From an uncultured Alphaproteobacteria bacterium (GTDB taxonomy: Bacteria > Pseudomonadota > Alphaproteobacteria > HIMB59 > GCA-002718135), in assembly GCA_902602135.1 (NCBI GenBank), contig CACKQA010000001.1:1-56748 (forward strand): 56,748 bases of DNA, read 5' to 3'. The notes under the pieces were generated by a model. The model was not told the origin of the DNA, did no database searches, and saw only the letters and a list, made by a program, of their open reading frames with translations. The translations under genes and the position numbers were made by a program. Position 1 is the stretch's first letter. Every line of letters starts with the position of its first letter. This document shows, piece after piece, positions 7,437-18,242 of this stretch.

Positions 7437-7880
7437 TTTTAATTGCCTTAACATTTCGCCCGCTACTATAGCCACAGAACTACTAAGATTAATTGATCGC
7501 GGACCATCAATCATAGGTATGGTTAATCTCTCATTTACAGAGTCGTGAACATACTCAGGCACTCCTGCACTTTCTCTTCCAAATAAAATAATATCTTTTG
7601 ATTGAAATTTATAATCAAAATAACTTTTTTGACTTTTTGTTGTAAGTAAAATTAATCTATAAGAATTTTTTTTTGACCATTCTTTAAATTTATCCCAACT
7701 CAAATGTTTTGTAAGATCAAGATAATCAAAATAATCCATCGAAGCTCTTTTTAGTCGTTTATCATCAATTATAAAACCTGCCGGCTCAATGATATCGATA
7801 GGTATTCCAAGACAAGCACCCAATCTAAAAATATTTCCAGCATTTTGAGGAATATCAGGTTCAAAGAGTGCAATTCTCAT
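7428..7880 (-). CDS. trmL: tRNA (cytidine/uridine-2'-O-)-methyltransferase, SpoU/TrmL type
   Basis: 150 aa with N-terminal IALFEPDIPQNAGNIFR and C-terminal knot region SINLSSSVAIV. Confidence 0.75.
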   Translation of the reverse strand: MRIALFEPDIPQNAGNIFRLGACLGIPIDIIEPAGFIIDDKRLKRASMDYFDYLDLTKHLSWDKFKEWSKKNSYRLILLTTKSQKSYFDYKFQSKDIILFGRESAGVPEYVHDSVNERLTIPMIDGPRSINLSSSVAIVAGEMLRQLKLS

Positions 7881-7907
7881 AAATTTATACTATATTATTT
7901 AAACCTT

Positions 7908-7916
7908 GCGTCACGC
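7908..7916. promoter_or_regulatory. GC-rich palindromic patch (GCGTCACGC) upstream of petA
   Basis: This is the only G+C-rich element (ccttgcgtcacgctggcacac) in the AT-rich trmL/petA spacer. Its function is unknown. Confidence 0.2.
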
Positions 7917-7974
7917 TGGCACACATATATTCAGTATTTTTTTTATTAATTCATATATAACAAAAACATAAAAA

Positions 7975-8502
7975 ATGGCTAAAAAACCCAAAAATAAGAG
8001 AAGAGATTTCCTACAACTTAGTACAGTAACGCTTGGTGCTGTAGGAACCGCTGCATTTATATGGCCATTTCTAAAAAGTATGAGTCCAGCAGAAGATACA
8101 TTAGCTGCAGGATCAACCGAAGTAGATATTAGCGCTATTGAAGAAGGTCAAAGTATAACTATAAAATGGCGAGGAAAACCAGTTTTTATAAAGAAGAGAA
8201 CAAAAGATGAGATCGAAGCTGCAAAAATGGTTCAGGCTGGTGATTTAAGAGACCCACAAGATGATGCAGATCGAGTACAAAAAGAAGAATGGTTAGTTTT
8301 AGTTGGAGTATGTACGCACTTAGGTTGCGTTCCACTTGGTCAGAAAGTTTCAGACATGAAAGGTGAGTACGATGGTTGGTACTGTCCATGCCATGGTTCG
8401 CACTATGATACATCTGGAAGAATTAGAAAAGGACCAGCTCCTAAAAACTTGGACGTTCCGCCCTATACCTTTTTAAATGATACTACGATAAAGATTGGAT
8501 AA
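7975..8502 (+). CDS. petA: Ubiquinol-cytochrome c reductase Rieske iron-sulfur subunit
   Basis: Tat-like RRDFL N-terminus and Rieske boxes CTHLGC and CPCHGS. Confidence 0.95.
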   Translation: MAKKPKNKRRDFLQLSTVTLGAVGTAAFIWPFLKSMSPAEDTLAAGSTEVDISAIEEGQSITIKWRGKPVFIKKRTKDEIEAAKMVQAGDLRDPQDDADRVQKEEWLVLVGVCTHLGCVPLGQKVSDMKGEYDGWYCPCHGSHYDTSGRIRKGPAPKNLDVPPYTFLNDTTIKIG

Positions 8503-8504
8503 TT

Positions 8505-9797
8505 ATGGATCAAAATAGAAAAGTACATCAATTTAAAAATCCTGTCTTAAACTGGATTGAATTTCGTTTACCAATAATTTCTTATTTCAAAAAAGAATAT
8601 GGTGATTATCCAATGCCAAAGAATTGTAATTATTTCTGGAGCTTTGGTGCATTAGCAACAATTACACTTGTTACAATGATTGTAAGCGGAATTTTTCTTG
8701 CAATGAATTATACACCACACACCGATATGGCTTTTGATAGCGTTGAAAGAATAATGCGAGATGTCAATTACGGTTGGTTAATGCGATATATTCATTCTAA
8801 TGGTGCAGCCTTTTTCTTCATCATTGTTTACATTCATATAGTCAGGGCAATGTATTTTGGTTCTTACAAATATCCAAGAGAACTTAATTGGATTTTAGGA
8901 GTATTCATATTTCTTTTAATGATGGCGACTTCTTTTCTTGGCTACACCTTACCGTGGGGACAAATGTCTTATTGGGGAGCAACAGTTATAACTAATTTAT
9001 TTAGTGCTATTCCAATTATTGGTGAAGGATTAAAAACATGGCTTCTCGGTGATTACAATGTTGGAAATGCTACATTAAATCGTTTTTTTGCTCTGCATTA
9101 TGTTTTACCATTTGTTATTTTTGGTGTTGTTGGATTACATGTTGCCGCTGTTCACGTTCATGGATCAAATAACCCTGATGGAATTGATATTAAAAGTAAA
9201 AATGATTCAGTAAATTTCTTTCCATATATGCTTATCAAAGATACAATTGCAATGTGTGCATTTGGTGTTGCGATTTCTGCAGTGATTTTCTTTGGACCAA
9301 ACCTTATGGCCGAGGTTGATAACTATATTCCAGCAGACCCGCTTGTTACTCCAGCTCATATTGTTCCAAACTGGTATCTTGCACCTTTTTATGCAATTTT
9401 AAGAGCCGTACCTGATAAACTAGGAGGAGTTCTGTTAATGTTTGGGGCGATAGTAATTCTCTTTGTGTTGCCTTGGCTTGATAGATCAAAAGTTAGAAGT
9501 TGTAATTATAGACCAATATATAAATGGTTTATGATGGGTTTTTTCGTTAACTTTTTTGTATTAGGTTATGTTGGAATGCTTCCAGCTGAGGGTTTATATC
9601 TTTTAATCGCAAGAGTTGGTTTACTGTATTATTTTGGTTTCTTCTTTATCATTACTCCATTTGTTGGTTGGATAGAAAAACCAAACAAACTTCCTCTTAG
9701 TATTAGTGATGTCTATTCTAAAAACATAGCACCAAATATAGGAGGAGGAGAAAAAGGAGTCCCTTCACCAGCGATGCAAAAAGATACTAATCTATAA
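8505..9797 (+). CDS. petB: Cytochrome b
   Basis: 430 aa polytopic protein with conserved cytochrome b segments (RYIHSNGAAFFF, LPWGQMSYWGATVITN, FALHYVLPF, PNWYLAPFYAILR). Confidence 0.95.
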   Translation: MDQNRKVHQFKNPVLNWIEFRLPIISYFKKEYGDYPMPKNCNYFWSFGALATITLVTMIVSGIFLAMNYTPHTDMAFDSVERIMRDVNYGWLMRYIHSNGAAFFFIIVYIHIVRAMYFGSYKYPRELNWILGVFIFLLMMATSFLGYTLPWGQMSYWGATVITNLFSAIPIIGEGLKTWLLGDYNVGNATLNRFFALHYVLPFVIFGVVGLHVAAVHVHGSNNPDGIDIKSKNDSVNFFPYMLIKDTIAMCAFGVAISAVIFFGPNLMAEVDNYIPADPLVTPAHIVPNWYLAPFYAILRAVPDKLGGVLLMFGAIVILFVLPWLDRSKVRSCNYRPIYKWFMMGFFVNFFVLGYVGMLPAEGLYLLIARVGLLYYFGFFFIITPFVGWIEKPNKLPLSISDVYSKNIAPNIGGGEKGVPSPAMQKDTNL

Positions 9798-10546
9798 TGC
9801 GTTTATTATTCATTATTTTTTTATTTTTCTCTTCAAATATATTTGCAGCTGAGATGAGTAGTGAGAAAATGCCCAAACACGAATGGTCATTTCAAGGAGT
9901 AACAGGAACTTTTGATAGAGCTGCTATTCAAAGAGGTTACAAAGTTTACAGAGAGGTGTGTGCTGGATGTCATTCAATGAAACTCCTATATTACAGAGAT
10001 CTTATTGATGTTGGTTTTTCTGAAGCTCAAGTAAAAGTAATTGCTTCTGAATATACTGTTTTAGACGGTCCAAACGATGACGGCGAAATGTTTGAAAGAC
10101 CAGCTAGACCAGCAGACAGATTTGTTAATCCATACGCCAATGATAATGAAGCAAGAGCAAATAATAATGGAGCATATCCTCCTGACTTAAGTGTAATTAC
10201 AAAAGCTAGAAAATATGGAGTTGATTATATTTACAACCTTCTTTTAGGTTATGTTGAGCCTCCAAAAGGGATGGAAGTTGGAAATGGAATGTATTACAAT
10301 AAATGGATGGCTGGAAATCAAATAGCTATGCCAGCGCCTATTGCAGATGGAAGTGTAGATTATGATGATGGAACAGATAACAACGCACAACAGTTATCAG
10401 CTGATGTAACTCATTTTCTTCATTGGGCTGCTGAACCAGAAATGGAAGAAAGAAAAAATTTAGGAATCAAAGTAATATTATTCTTTATTATTCTAGGAAC
10501 TATAGTGTACTTAGCAAAAAACAGACTTTGGCGAGACGTTACTTAG
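9797..10546 (+). CDS. petC: Cytochrome c1
   Basis: Signal peptide, CAGCHS heme-c motif and a C-terminal membrane anchor. It follows petB with a shared nt. Confidence 0.9.
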   Translation: MRLLFIIFLFFSSNIFAAEMSSEKMPKHEWSFQGVTGTFDRAAIQRGYKVYREVCAGCHSMKLLYYRDLIDVGFSEAQVKVIASEYTVLDGPNDDGEMFERPARPADRFVNPYANDNEARANNNGAYPPDLSVITKARKYGVDYIYNLLLGYVEPPKGMEVGNGMYYNKWMAGNQIAMPAPIADGSVDYDDGTDNNAQQLSADVTHFLHWAAEPEMEERKNLGIKVILFFIILGTIVYLAKNRLWRDVT

Positions 10547-11643
10547 ACATTAAATAAAAAATTCATTACATCACCATCTTTGACGATATAATCCTTACCT
10601 TCTTGTCTTAACTTCCCTGAATCTCTACTTCCAGCATCGCCATTATTAACTATATAGTCGTCATAAGAGATAGTCTCTGCTCTAATAAAACCTTTTTCAA
10701 AATCAGTATGAATTTTTCCAGCAGCTTGTGGTGCAAGTGTTTCTCTTTTAATTGTCCATGATCTTGTTTCTTTTGGACCACATGTAAAATAGTTAATTAA
10801 ACCTAAAAGTTCATATCCTGATTTTATTACCTTATTCAATGTTGTTTGATCCAAATTAAGTTCTTTAAGAAATTCAAGTTTTTCTTCTTCATTATCTAAT
10901 TCCGCTATTTGTGCTTCTATTGATGCAGAGATTAATACTACAGAATGATTATTTTTTTTGGCAAACTCGATGACTTTTTTTGATAATTCGTTTCCAGTAT
11001 GAATCGATTCTTCATCTACATTACATATGTACATAGTCGGCTTTAGACTAATTAAGTTTAGATTATTTACAAAGTCAATTTCATTACTAGCAAACTCATC
11101 AATTTTTAATATGCTATTGGCATCTAACATTTGTAAGATTTTATTTATTATCTCAAATTGATGTTTAGCTTCTTTATCGTTTGTTTTTAATTTTTTTTCT
11201 AAACTAGTTTTTTTATTATTTAAGCTTTCAAGATCAGCCAATTGTAATTCTAAATTTATTGTTTCAATATCATCTAATGGATCAATTTTTGATGATACAT
11301 GAGTAATATTAGTATCTTCAAAACATCTAACAACATGTGCTATTGCATCAACTTCTCTTACATGTCCTAAAAATTTATTACCTAAACCTTCTCCTTGTGA
11401 GGCTCCTTTTACTAATCCTGCAATATCAACAAAATCCATGAAAGAAGGAATTATTTTTTCACTTTTTCCAATGACTGCAAGTTTATTTAATCTATCATCA
11501 GGTACTGCAACTCTGCCTATATTTGGTTCTATAGTTGCAAATGGATAATTTGCAGCCTCTGCTTTATTTGATTGGGTAAGAGCATTAAATAAAGTAGATT
11601 TACCAACATTTGGTAATCCAACTATCCCACACTTAAATCCCAT
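10543..11643 (-). CDS. ychF: Redox-regulated ATPase YchF
   Basis: G1 motif GIVGLPNVGKSTLFNAL, 366 aa, and a C-terminal YchF-type domain (DFEKGFIRAE). Confidence 0.95.
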   Translation of the reverse strand: MGFKCGIVGLPNVGKSTLFNALTQSNKAEAANYPFATIEPNIGRVAVPDDRLNKLAVIGKSEKIIPSFMDFVDIAGLVKGASQGEGLGNKFLGHVREVDAIAHVVRCFEDTNITHVSSKIDPLDDIETINLELQLADLESLNNKKTSLEKKLKTNDKEAKHQFEIINKILQMLDANSILKIDEFASNEIDFVNNLNLISLKPTMYICNVDEESIHTGNELSKKVIEFAKKNNHSVVLISASIEAQIAELDNEEEKLEFLKELNLDQTTLNKVIKSGYELLGLINYFTCGPKETRSWTIKRETLAPQAAGKIHTDFEKGFIRAETISYDDYIVNNGDAGSRDSGKLRQEGKDYIVKDGDVMNFLFNV

Positions 11644-11645
11644 AT

Positions 11646-12206
11646 TTAATTTTGCTCACTTATCTTTGTTAAAAATAGAGGAATATCTGAAAATATTAAT
11701 TCTATATTTTTTACTATTTTATCAATTTTGTTATCTATTATTTCTTGTTCTGATTTTAAAAATTTATTTAAAACATAACTTGAAACTAAATCTTTATGTC
11801 CAGGATGATCAATTCCAATACGTATTCTAAAATAATTTTCGCCTATAAAATGGTCAATACTTTCTAATCCATTGTGACCTCCGTTTCCACCGCCTTGTTT
11901 TATTTTTACTTTCGATAATTCTAAATCAAGGTCATCATGTATAACATAAGTATGGTCTAATTTTATTTTATAAAAATTTACAATTTCTGAAACAGCTTTT
12001 CCTGATAAATTCATGAATGTAAGAGGTTTTAACACAAAGATTTTTTGATTATTAATTACACCTGAATATAGTTCTTTTATTTTATCTTCTTTGATTTTAT
12101 CCAAATTAAAATGTGAGATTATATTATCTGCTAAATGGAAACCTACATTATGTCTGGTATTTTTGTAATTTACGCCTGGGTTCCCAAGTCCACAAATTAA
12201 AAACAT
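11646..12206 (-). CDS. pth: Peptidyl-tRNA hydrolase
   Basis: GLGNPG...TRHNVGF N-terminal motif, 186 aa, in the conserved ychF-pth-ctc-prs arrangement. Confidence 0.9.
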   Translation of the reverse strand: MFLICGLGNPGVNYKNTRHNVGFHLADNIISHFNLDKIKEDKIKELYSGVINNQKIFVLKPLTFMNLSGKAVSEIVNFYKIKLDHTYVIHDDLDLELSKVKIKQGGGNGGHNGLESIDHFIGENYFRIRIGIDHPGHKDLVSSYVLNKFLKSEQEIIDNKIDKIVKNIELIFSDIPLFLTKISEQN

Positions 12207-12227
12207 ATAATGAAATATAAAGTAAAG

Positions 12228-12905
12228 TTACTTAGATTCTTTATTTTCTTCTTTATTATCAGAAGATTCTTCTTTCTTTTCGTCTGATTTCTCTTCCCCA
12301 CCTTCTGCCGCACCTTCTTCAGTTGTTTCCTCAGTTTTAGTTTCAACTTCTACAGTTGGCGGAACTAAAGTAGCTATTACGAAATCTCTATCTGATATAG
12401 TAGGAGCAACTCCTTCAGGTAGTTGAATGTTACTAATTTTAACTGCATCACCTATTTCACTTTCAATTAAATCAAATTCAAGTTTGCTAGGTATATTATT
12501 TGCATTACATGTTAGTTCAACAAGTCTTCTAACAGTATTTAAAACTCCACCTTTTTTCAAACCAGGACATTTATCTTGGTTTAAAAATTCAACAGGAATT
12601 TCAACGTTTACTTTTGTATTTTCTTGAACTCTTAGAAAATCAAAATGTATAAGCCTATCACTTACAGGATGATATTGTAATTGTTTAGGAAGTATTTTTT
12701 CTTTCTTTCCATCAACATCAAGATTGATAATTGTTGAATAAAAAGAACCAGTACCCATTAATTTTTTGAGTATTTTGTCTTCTAGAGCAATTTTCTTAGG
12801 CTCAGTTCCCTTGCCATAAATAATACCAGGGACCAATCCTTTCATTAAAAGACTATGATTAGAACCAATATCTTTATTTCTTTCTACTGCTTTAAAATCA
12901 CTCAT
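12228..12905 (-). CDS. rplY: 50S ribosomal protein L25 / general stress protein Ctc
   Basis: L25/Ctc two-domain body followed by an acidic/Lys low-complexity tail. Confidence 0.85.
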   Translation of the reverse strand: MSDFKAVERNKDIGSNHSLLMKGLVPGIIYGKGTEPKKIALEDKILKKLMGTGSFYSTIINLDVDGKKEKILPKQLQYHPVSDRLIHFDFLRVQENTKVNVEIPVEFLNQDKCPGLKKGGVLNTVRRLVELTCNANNIPSKLEFDLIESEIGDAVKISNIQLPEGVAPTISDRDFVIATLVPPTVEVETKTEETTEEGAAEGGEEKSDEKKEESSDNKEENKESK

Positions 12906-12917
12906 AAAATAAAAAAT

Positions 12918-13853
12918 TTAATCGAAAAGGGCGGACACTGAAGTATCAGTGTTAATCCTTTTAATCGCATCACCCATTAAAGGAGCAATACTAATATGTC
13001 TAATGTTTTTTGTGTTTTTTACCTCATTAGAAGGCTCAATTGTATCTGTTAACACCAATTCTTTTATGCTTGAATTTTCAATCTTTTTAAGCGCATCTCC
13101 AGATAATACTCCATGCACAATATAAGAATAAATTTCTTTAGCCCCATTTTTACTCAGAGCTTTAGCAGCGTTACATAATGTACCTGCAGAGTCCGCTATA
13201 TCATCTAGTAAAATACAAGTTTTATCTTTTACATCTCCGATAATATTCATCACTTCAGACTCACCAGCCTTTTCTCTTCTTTTATCAGCAATTGCTAATC
13301 CAGCCTGTAATCTCTTAGCAAAAGCTCTAGCTCTAACAACACCACCAACATCAGGTGAAGCAACAACTAAATCTTTGTTCCCATTAAACCTTTCTTTAAC
13401 ATCATCAATTATAGGCCTTACAGAAAAAATATTATCTAAAGGAATGTCAAAAAAACCCTGAATTTGACCAGCATGCAAATCCATTGTTAATACCCTATCA
13501 GCTCCTGCGGATGTAATTAAATTTGCAACAAGTTTGGCAGTGATTGGTGTTCGAGGTCCAGTCTTCCTATCTTGTCTTGCATATCCATAATAAGGGATAA
13601 CAGCAGTGATCCTTTTTGCTGAACCTCTTCTTGCAGCATCAATTGTAATTAAAAGTTCCATTAAATGATCATTTGCTGGATGTGATGTCGATTGAATAAT
13701 AAAAACATCTTCACCCCTAATATTTTCATTAATTTCAACAAATATCTCTCTATCATTAAAAGTTCTAACAGACGCATCTGCTAATGGAACAGCAATATGT
13801 TTAGAAATTTTTTCTGCTAGGGATTTGCTACTATTACAGGCGATTATTTTCAT
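12918..13853 (-). CDS. prs: Ribose-phosphate pyrophosphokinase
   Basis: [11 protein letters not shown] and the PRPP-binding loop [12 protein letters not shown], at 311 aa. Confidence 0.95.
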   Translation of the reverse strand: MKIIACNSSKSLAEKISKHIAVPLADASVRTFNDREIFVEINENIRGEDVFIIQSTSHPANDHLMELLITIDAARRGSAKRITAVIPYYGYARQDRKTGPRTPITAKLVANLITSAGADRVLTMDLHAGQIQGFFDIPLDNIFSVRPIIDDVKERFNGNKDLVVASPDVGGVVRARAFAKRLQAGLAIADKRREKAGESEVMNIIGDVKDKTCILLDDIADSAGTLCNAAKALSKNGAKEIYSYIVHGVLSGDALKKIENSSIKELVLTDTIEPSNEVKNTKNIRHISIAPLMGDAIKRINTDTSVSALFD

Positions 13854-13900
13854 ATAATCAAACTATTTACTATATTAGAATAATAATAGATCAACTAAAA

Positions 13901-14665
13901 TTAATCATTAAATGCAATGATATTTAGCATTCTTCCAGTATCTCTAAATTTTTGTGATTCCCTACGATGGCTAAAAAAAACTCTTTTATTTGAGAACGTA
14001 TCTTTTTTAATGTTATATATATTTTTAATACCTAATTCCTTAAATTGATAGTTAATCAATCTTCTTAAATTAAACAAATCTTTGTCTTTATTTTTGTATT
14101 TGAAGAAAATAGAGTATTTTTTATTTTTGCTTATAAACTTTTTTTTAAAGTCTTTTGATACTTCAAAATTTTTACTGCTCAAACAAGGACCAATAAGAAC
14201 GACAATATTTTTTTTTATTATTTTTTGTTTAATAAAATATTCTATTCCTTTATCAGCTATATTTTTTAATGCCCCTTTCCAACCTGAATGAAGAGCACAA
14301 ATAAATTTTTTATTTTTATCAAAAATAAAAATTGGGCAGCAATCAGCAGTTAAAATACCTAGGGCTATTTCCTTGTTTCTTGTGATTAACCCATCTCCAG
14401 AATATTTTTTACCTATATTTTTTTTATTAATTTCTACAATCTTGTTGGAGTGTATTTGACTGATAAATTTAATTTTTTTTTTGAGATTTAAATTTTTTAG
14501 ACAAATTTCAATGTTTTTATTTACATTTACTTTCGTATCTTTGCTATTTAAGCTACAGTTCAATGAATAGTTTTCTTTTTTTGATACTCCACCATTTCTA
14601 GTAAAAAAACCAGCTTTAACAAAAGACTTAATTTTTTCATGTGTAAAATAATTTTTAGTAATCAT
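13901..14665 (-). CDS. pgeF: YfiH/PgeF-family (DUF152) purine nucleoside phosphorylase / peptidoglycan editing factor
   Basis: GILTADCCPIF, ALHSGWKG and FSHRR motifs, at 254 aa. Confidence 0.75.
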   Translation of the reverse strand: MITKNYFTHEKIKSFVKAGFFTRNGGVSKKENYSLNCSLNSKDTKVNVNKNIEICLKNLNLKKKIKFISQIHSNKIVEINKKNIGKKYSGDGLITRNKEIALGILTADCCPIFIFDKNKKFICALHSGWKGALKNIADKGIEYFIKQKIIKKNIVVLIGPCLSSKNFEVSKDFKKKFISKNKKYSIFFKYKNKDKDLFNLRRLINYQFKELGIKNIYNIKKDTFSNKRVFFSHRRESQKFRDTGRMLNIIAFND

Positions 14666-15714
14666 AAGTTAGAAACAACAAGACACTTAAATAAGTTTCC
14701 CATCCTATCAACATTAATTAATCTATCCACCTCTTCATCTAATAATTTTTTATTTAAATTTAAATTTTTAGTTAGTAATTTTTTCTTTCGTTCTAATATT
14801 CCATATTTTATTAAAAAATCTCTTTGTGAAACAAATTCATTTATTTTTAATTTATTTTGTTTTGCTATTTCAATTAATTCATTGAAATTTACATGACTTG
14901 AAATATCTTGTTGGCCTATATTTTCAAATATACTGGTTTTTTTATGATTATATATTGCTTGTAACGTAAAGTTTTTTATTTTCTTATTATATCCATAATC
15001 GATTAAAATGCATATACCTCTATTCCTTTTTAGATATTTACAAATTTGCTCAAAGTATTTATTTCTTGAATATGAAACTTCATAAATTTTTTGTTTTTTG
15101 TATTTACTTAAATAATCTAATATTTTTTTACTAATTACTCGTTTATTTATAGAATAATATCTACTCTCCTTTTCATTAAATTTTACATATCTTTCAAACC
15201 AATGATTATTTTCATTTAAAAATTGTCTTACAGGAAAACAGTCAAAAAATTCATTTGAATATATTATTGAAGGCATTTTAGATTTAAAATTTAAAGCTTT
15301 AGACCATCTAATTTTTTTTTGTCTAAAATAATTTAAATTCTTCTTTTGTATTTCTTTTAATTCTTTATTTATTTCTATTAAATTAACATCAGCATTTTCA
15401 AAAAAGTTAGGAAGTATTCGTGCAGTTCTTTCTATATCTTTAAATAAGGTTCCATTTCCTGGGCCTAATTCAATTAAATTAAATTTTGAGTTAATTTTTT
15501 CTTTCCAATGATAAACTAAATACACACCAATAATTTCTCCAAACATTTGCGAAATTTCTGGAGATGTAACAAAGTCAAATTTTTTTCCTATGGGTCTGTT
15601 TCTTAAGTAATAACCATTACTTGCGAAAAGGGCCAATTCTATAAATTTATCTAAACGAAATTTTTTGTTGTTGTTAAGAAGTTTTATTTTATTAATTTTT
15701 TTTTTGCTTAACAT
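14662..15714 (-). CDS. SAM-dependent methyltransferase, DUF185 / NDUFAF7 (MidA)-like
   Basis: 350 aa with ELGPGNGTL SAM-binding motif and a family-typical FVTSPEISQMFGE segment. Confidence 0.65.
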   Translation of the reverse strand: MLSKKKINKIKLLNNNKKFRLDKFIELALFASNGYYLRNRPIGKKFDFVTSPEISQMFGEIIGVYLVYHWKEKINSKFNLIELGPGNGTLFKDIERTARILPNFFENADVNLIEINKELKEIQKKNLNYFRQKKIRWSKALNFKSKMPSIIYSNEFFDCFPVRQFLNENNHWFERYVKFNEKESRYYSINKRVISKKILDYLSKYKKQKIYEVSYSRNKYFEQICKYLKRNRGICILIDYGYNKKIKNFTLQAIYNHKKTSIFENIGQQDISSHVNFNELIEIAKQNKLKINEFVSQRDFLIKYGILERKKKLLTKNLNLNKKLLDEEVDRLINVDRMGNLFKCLVVSNL

Positions 15715-16483
15715 TTTGAATTATCAATATTCCAAAAATAAAAAAAGGTATACATAGTATTTGACCCATTGAAATAAAATTAAAAAATAATCCTAGGTGC
15801 AAATCTGGTTCCCTGACGTATTCAATTAAAAATCTAAATATTGAATACAATATTAAAAATAGACCACTAATTGCCCCATAAATTTTGTATTTTTTTATCT
15901 TATAAAAATAGATTAATAATATGAGAAATAAAATAATTCCCTCAAGAAAAGCTTCATATATTTGAGAGGGATGTCTTGGTATATTATCTATTGATGGATA
16001 AATAACTGATATATAAAATTCAGTTGGTCTACCTATTAGCTCTGTATTAATAAAGTTTGCAATTCTCCCAAAGAATAATCCAATAGGAGCAACAATTGAC
16101 ACTAAATCAGATAGGTAGAAAAAACTTTTTCTATTAATTTTTGCAAATATTAAAGTACTTATTATTATACCAATCAACCCACCATGAAATGACATACCTC
16201 CATTCCAGATTTCAAATAGATATAAGGGATTAGTTAAAAACTCATTTAGTTGATAAAAAATAATATAACCTGTTCGTCCTCCGATGATTACACCTAATAC
16301 TGCCCAAATAAAAAAGCTATCTATATTTTTATTACTGTATTGATTTCCATAAATTGCGTTTAATTTTTTAATAATATAAATTCCTAATAGAAATCCCAAT
16401 ATATATGCTAAACTGTACCATCTTATCTCAATGAAACCGATTGATAAGATAACAGGATTTATTGATGGTTGAATAAAATTCAT
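15692..16483 (-). CDS. lgt: Prolipoprotein diacylglyceryl transferase
   Basis: 263 aa polytopic protein with the GRIANFINTELIGRPT signature and WNGGMSFHGG. Confidence 0.9.
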   Translation of the reverse strand: MNFIQPSINPVILSIGFIEIRWYSLAYILGFLLGIYIIKKLNAIYGNQYSNKNIDSFFIWAVLGVIIGGRTGYIIFYQLNEFLTNPLYLFEIWNGGMSFHGGLIGIIISTLIFAKINRKSFFYLSDLVSIVAPIGLFFGRIANFINTELIGRPTEFYISVIYPSIDNIPRHPSQIYEAFLEGIILFLILLIYFYKIKKYKIYGAISGLFLILYSIFRFLIEYVREPDLHLGLFFNFISMGQILCIPFFIFGILIIQNVKQKKN

Positions 16484-16506
16484 TTATCTATATTTAATAT
16501 TATAAC

Positions 16507-16797
16507 ATGGTTGATAGAAACAAAATACTTTCCGATTTATCAAAATTTGCTGTTGATGCTATGAGCACTTTTTCAGGTGTTAAAGAGGAGGTTGAAACAA
16601 TTGTAACTTTACGAGTTAACAAAATAATAAAAAAAATGAATCTCGTTAAAAAGGATGAATTTGATGCATTAAAAAAAATGGTGCAAAAAGTAATGATGGA
16701 AAATGAAAAATTAAAAAAAACATCATCAAGACCAGTAAAATCTAAGAAAAAAACAATTAAAAAGAAAAAAACCATTAAAAAGAAATCAAAAAGGTAG
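16507..16797 (+). CDS. ubiK: UbiK/YqiC (BMFP) family accessory factor
   Basis: 96 aa coiled-coil protein (DEFDALKKMVQKV..) with a Lys-rich tail. I prefer it over the antisense F-rich ORF. Confidence 0.6.
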   Translation: MVDRNKILSDLSKFAVDAMSTFSGVKEEVETIVTLRVNKIIKKMNLVKKDEFDALKKMVQKVMMENEKLKKTSSRPVKSKKKTIKKKKTIKKKSKR

Positions 16798-16905
16798 GAA
16801 TCCTCAACTAATTCACATTTTTTGTAGATTTTGCCTTGCAAAATACGTGGTCAATTTAGTAATCAATATATAGTACTAATAAAAAGTGGCATGACTACAT
16901 AGTGT

Positions 16906-17394
16906 ATGGAAAATGAGAATATTTTGTTAAATCCTATAGATATCATTGAGGATGTTATTCATCAAAAAAAATGGAATTTTAGCAGAGCTGCTGATCACGA
17001 ATTAGTTGCCGAGATTGCATCCCATTGGTGTGCTTATAGATTATATTTTACATGGTCTGAAAACATAAACGCGTTAAGTTTTTCAATAACATTTGATATT
17101 AAATTTCCTGAAATTAAACTTAATAAGGCTTACGAACTACTTGGGCTTATAAATGAGAACTTATGGATTGGGCATTTTGATATAACAAGTAAAAATGGTA
17201 TCCCAGCTTTTAGACATACTTTATTATCAAATAATTCAACAGAATCATTGCACAAAAAATTTGAAGATCTTGTCGATATTGGAATTTATGAATGTGAAAA
17301 ATTTTATCCAAGTTTTCAACAAGTTCTCTTTGACGATATCCCCCCTAAAGAGGCTATAAAATTCTCTAATTTTGAAGTTATTGGTAGAGCTTAA
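16906..17394 (+). CDS. YbjN-like domain protein (function unknown)
   Basis: 162 aa, placed immediately upstream of proC as in many alphaproteobacteria. The call rests on family resemblance only. Confidence 0.4.
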   Translation: MENENILLNPIDIIEDVIHQKKWNFSRAADHELVAEIASHWCAYRLYFTWSENINALSFSITFDIKFPEIKLNKAYELLGLINENLWIGHFDITSKNGIPAFRHTLLSNNSTESLHKKFEDLVDIGIYECEKFYPSFQQVLFDDIPPKEAIKFSNFEVIGRA

Positions 17395-17426
17395 ATTTTA
17401 TAATAAAACTGCTATATTATAAATAG

Positions 17427-18242
17427 ATGAAAAATATCTTGTTAATTGGATGTGGTCACATGGGAGGATCTTTATTGTCTGGATGGTCTAACGATAAGAA
17501 TTACACCATCAGTGTTATAGATAGAAAAAAATATGTAATTCTTAAAAATAGAAATAGAAATAAGAAGATAAAATTTTTTAAATCAATTAATGATATAAGT
17601 GATCAAAACAATTTTAAATTTATAATATTTGCAACTCGACCTATTGAATTAAAAAATGTCTTTAAAGAATTAAAAAATGCAAATTTTAATGAAAAATCTA
17701 TAGCAATAAGTGTGATAGCTGGAAAAAAAACAGAAATTTTTAAAAAAAATTTATTAAATATAAACAAAATTGTAAGAGTTATGCCAAACATGCCTGCATT
17801 AATTGGAGAGGGCGTTCATTGTATCTATGCTAATAAATCTATTAATAAAAAGGAAATTAAAGAGATTGATAAATTGTTTTCTCTTAGCGGCAAAACTCTT
17901 TTTTTTAATAATGAAACTTTCATAGACAAAGCAACTGCTGTGTCAGGTAGTGGTCCGGGTTTCATATTTCAGTTGATTGATATTATGGAAAAATCTGCAA
18001 TTAATTTAGGTTTTGCCAAAAACACAGCTAAAATTTTAATTAATGAAACTTTTAGAGGTTCTTTAAATTTATTAAATTTTAATAATGTCTCTGCTGAAAA
18101 AATGGTTGAAACTGTTGCAACTAGAGGAGGAACAACGGAAGCAGGAATTAAGAAAATGAAAATAAATAAAGTTGATAAAATTTTTAATCAAGTTTTTAAA
18201 GCAGCATATACAAGAGCAAAACAACAAGGTAAAGGTAAGTGA
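17427..18242 (+). CDS. proC: Pyrroline-5-carboxylate reductase
   Basis: N-terminal GCGHMGGS dinucleotide fold, VRVMPNMPALIGEG and TRGGTTEAG. Confidence 0.9.
   Translation: MKNILLIGCGHMGGSLLSGWSNDKNYTISVIDRKKYVILKNRNRNKKIKFFKSINDISDQNNFKFIIFATRPIELKNVFKELKNANFNEKSIAISVIAGKKTEIFKKNLLNINKIVRVMPNMPALIGEGVHCIYANKSINKKEIKEIDKLFSLSGKTLFFNNETFIDKATAVSGSGPGFIFQLIDIMEKSAINLGFAKNTAKILINETFRGSLNLLNFNNVSAEKMVETVATRGGTTEAGIKKMKINKVDKIFNQVFKAAYTRAKQQGKGK

Noticed and set aside
7917-7922. TGGCAC upstream of petA could be read as a sigma-54 (-24) element.
   Set aside because: The required GC dinucleotide 10 nt downstream of the GG is absent (the sequence continues ACATATATTC), so it does not fit GG-N10-GC.
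16500-16841. A 113-aa minus-strand ORF lies opposite ubiK.
   Set aside because: It is an F-rich reverse complement of a Lys-rich coiled-coil gene. The plus-strand product has the UbiK/BMFP pattern, while the minus-strand one has no recognisable features.
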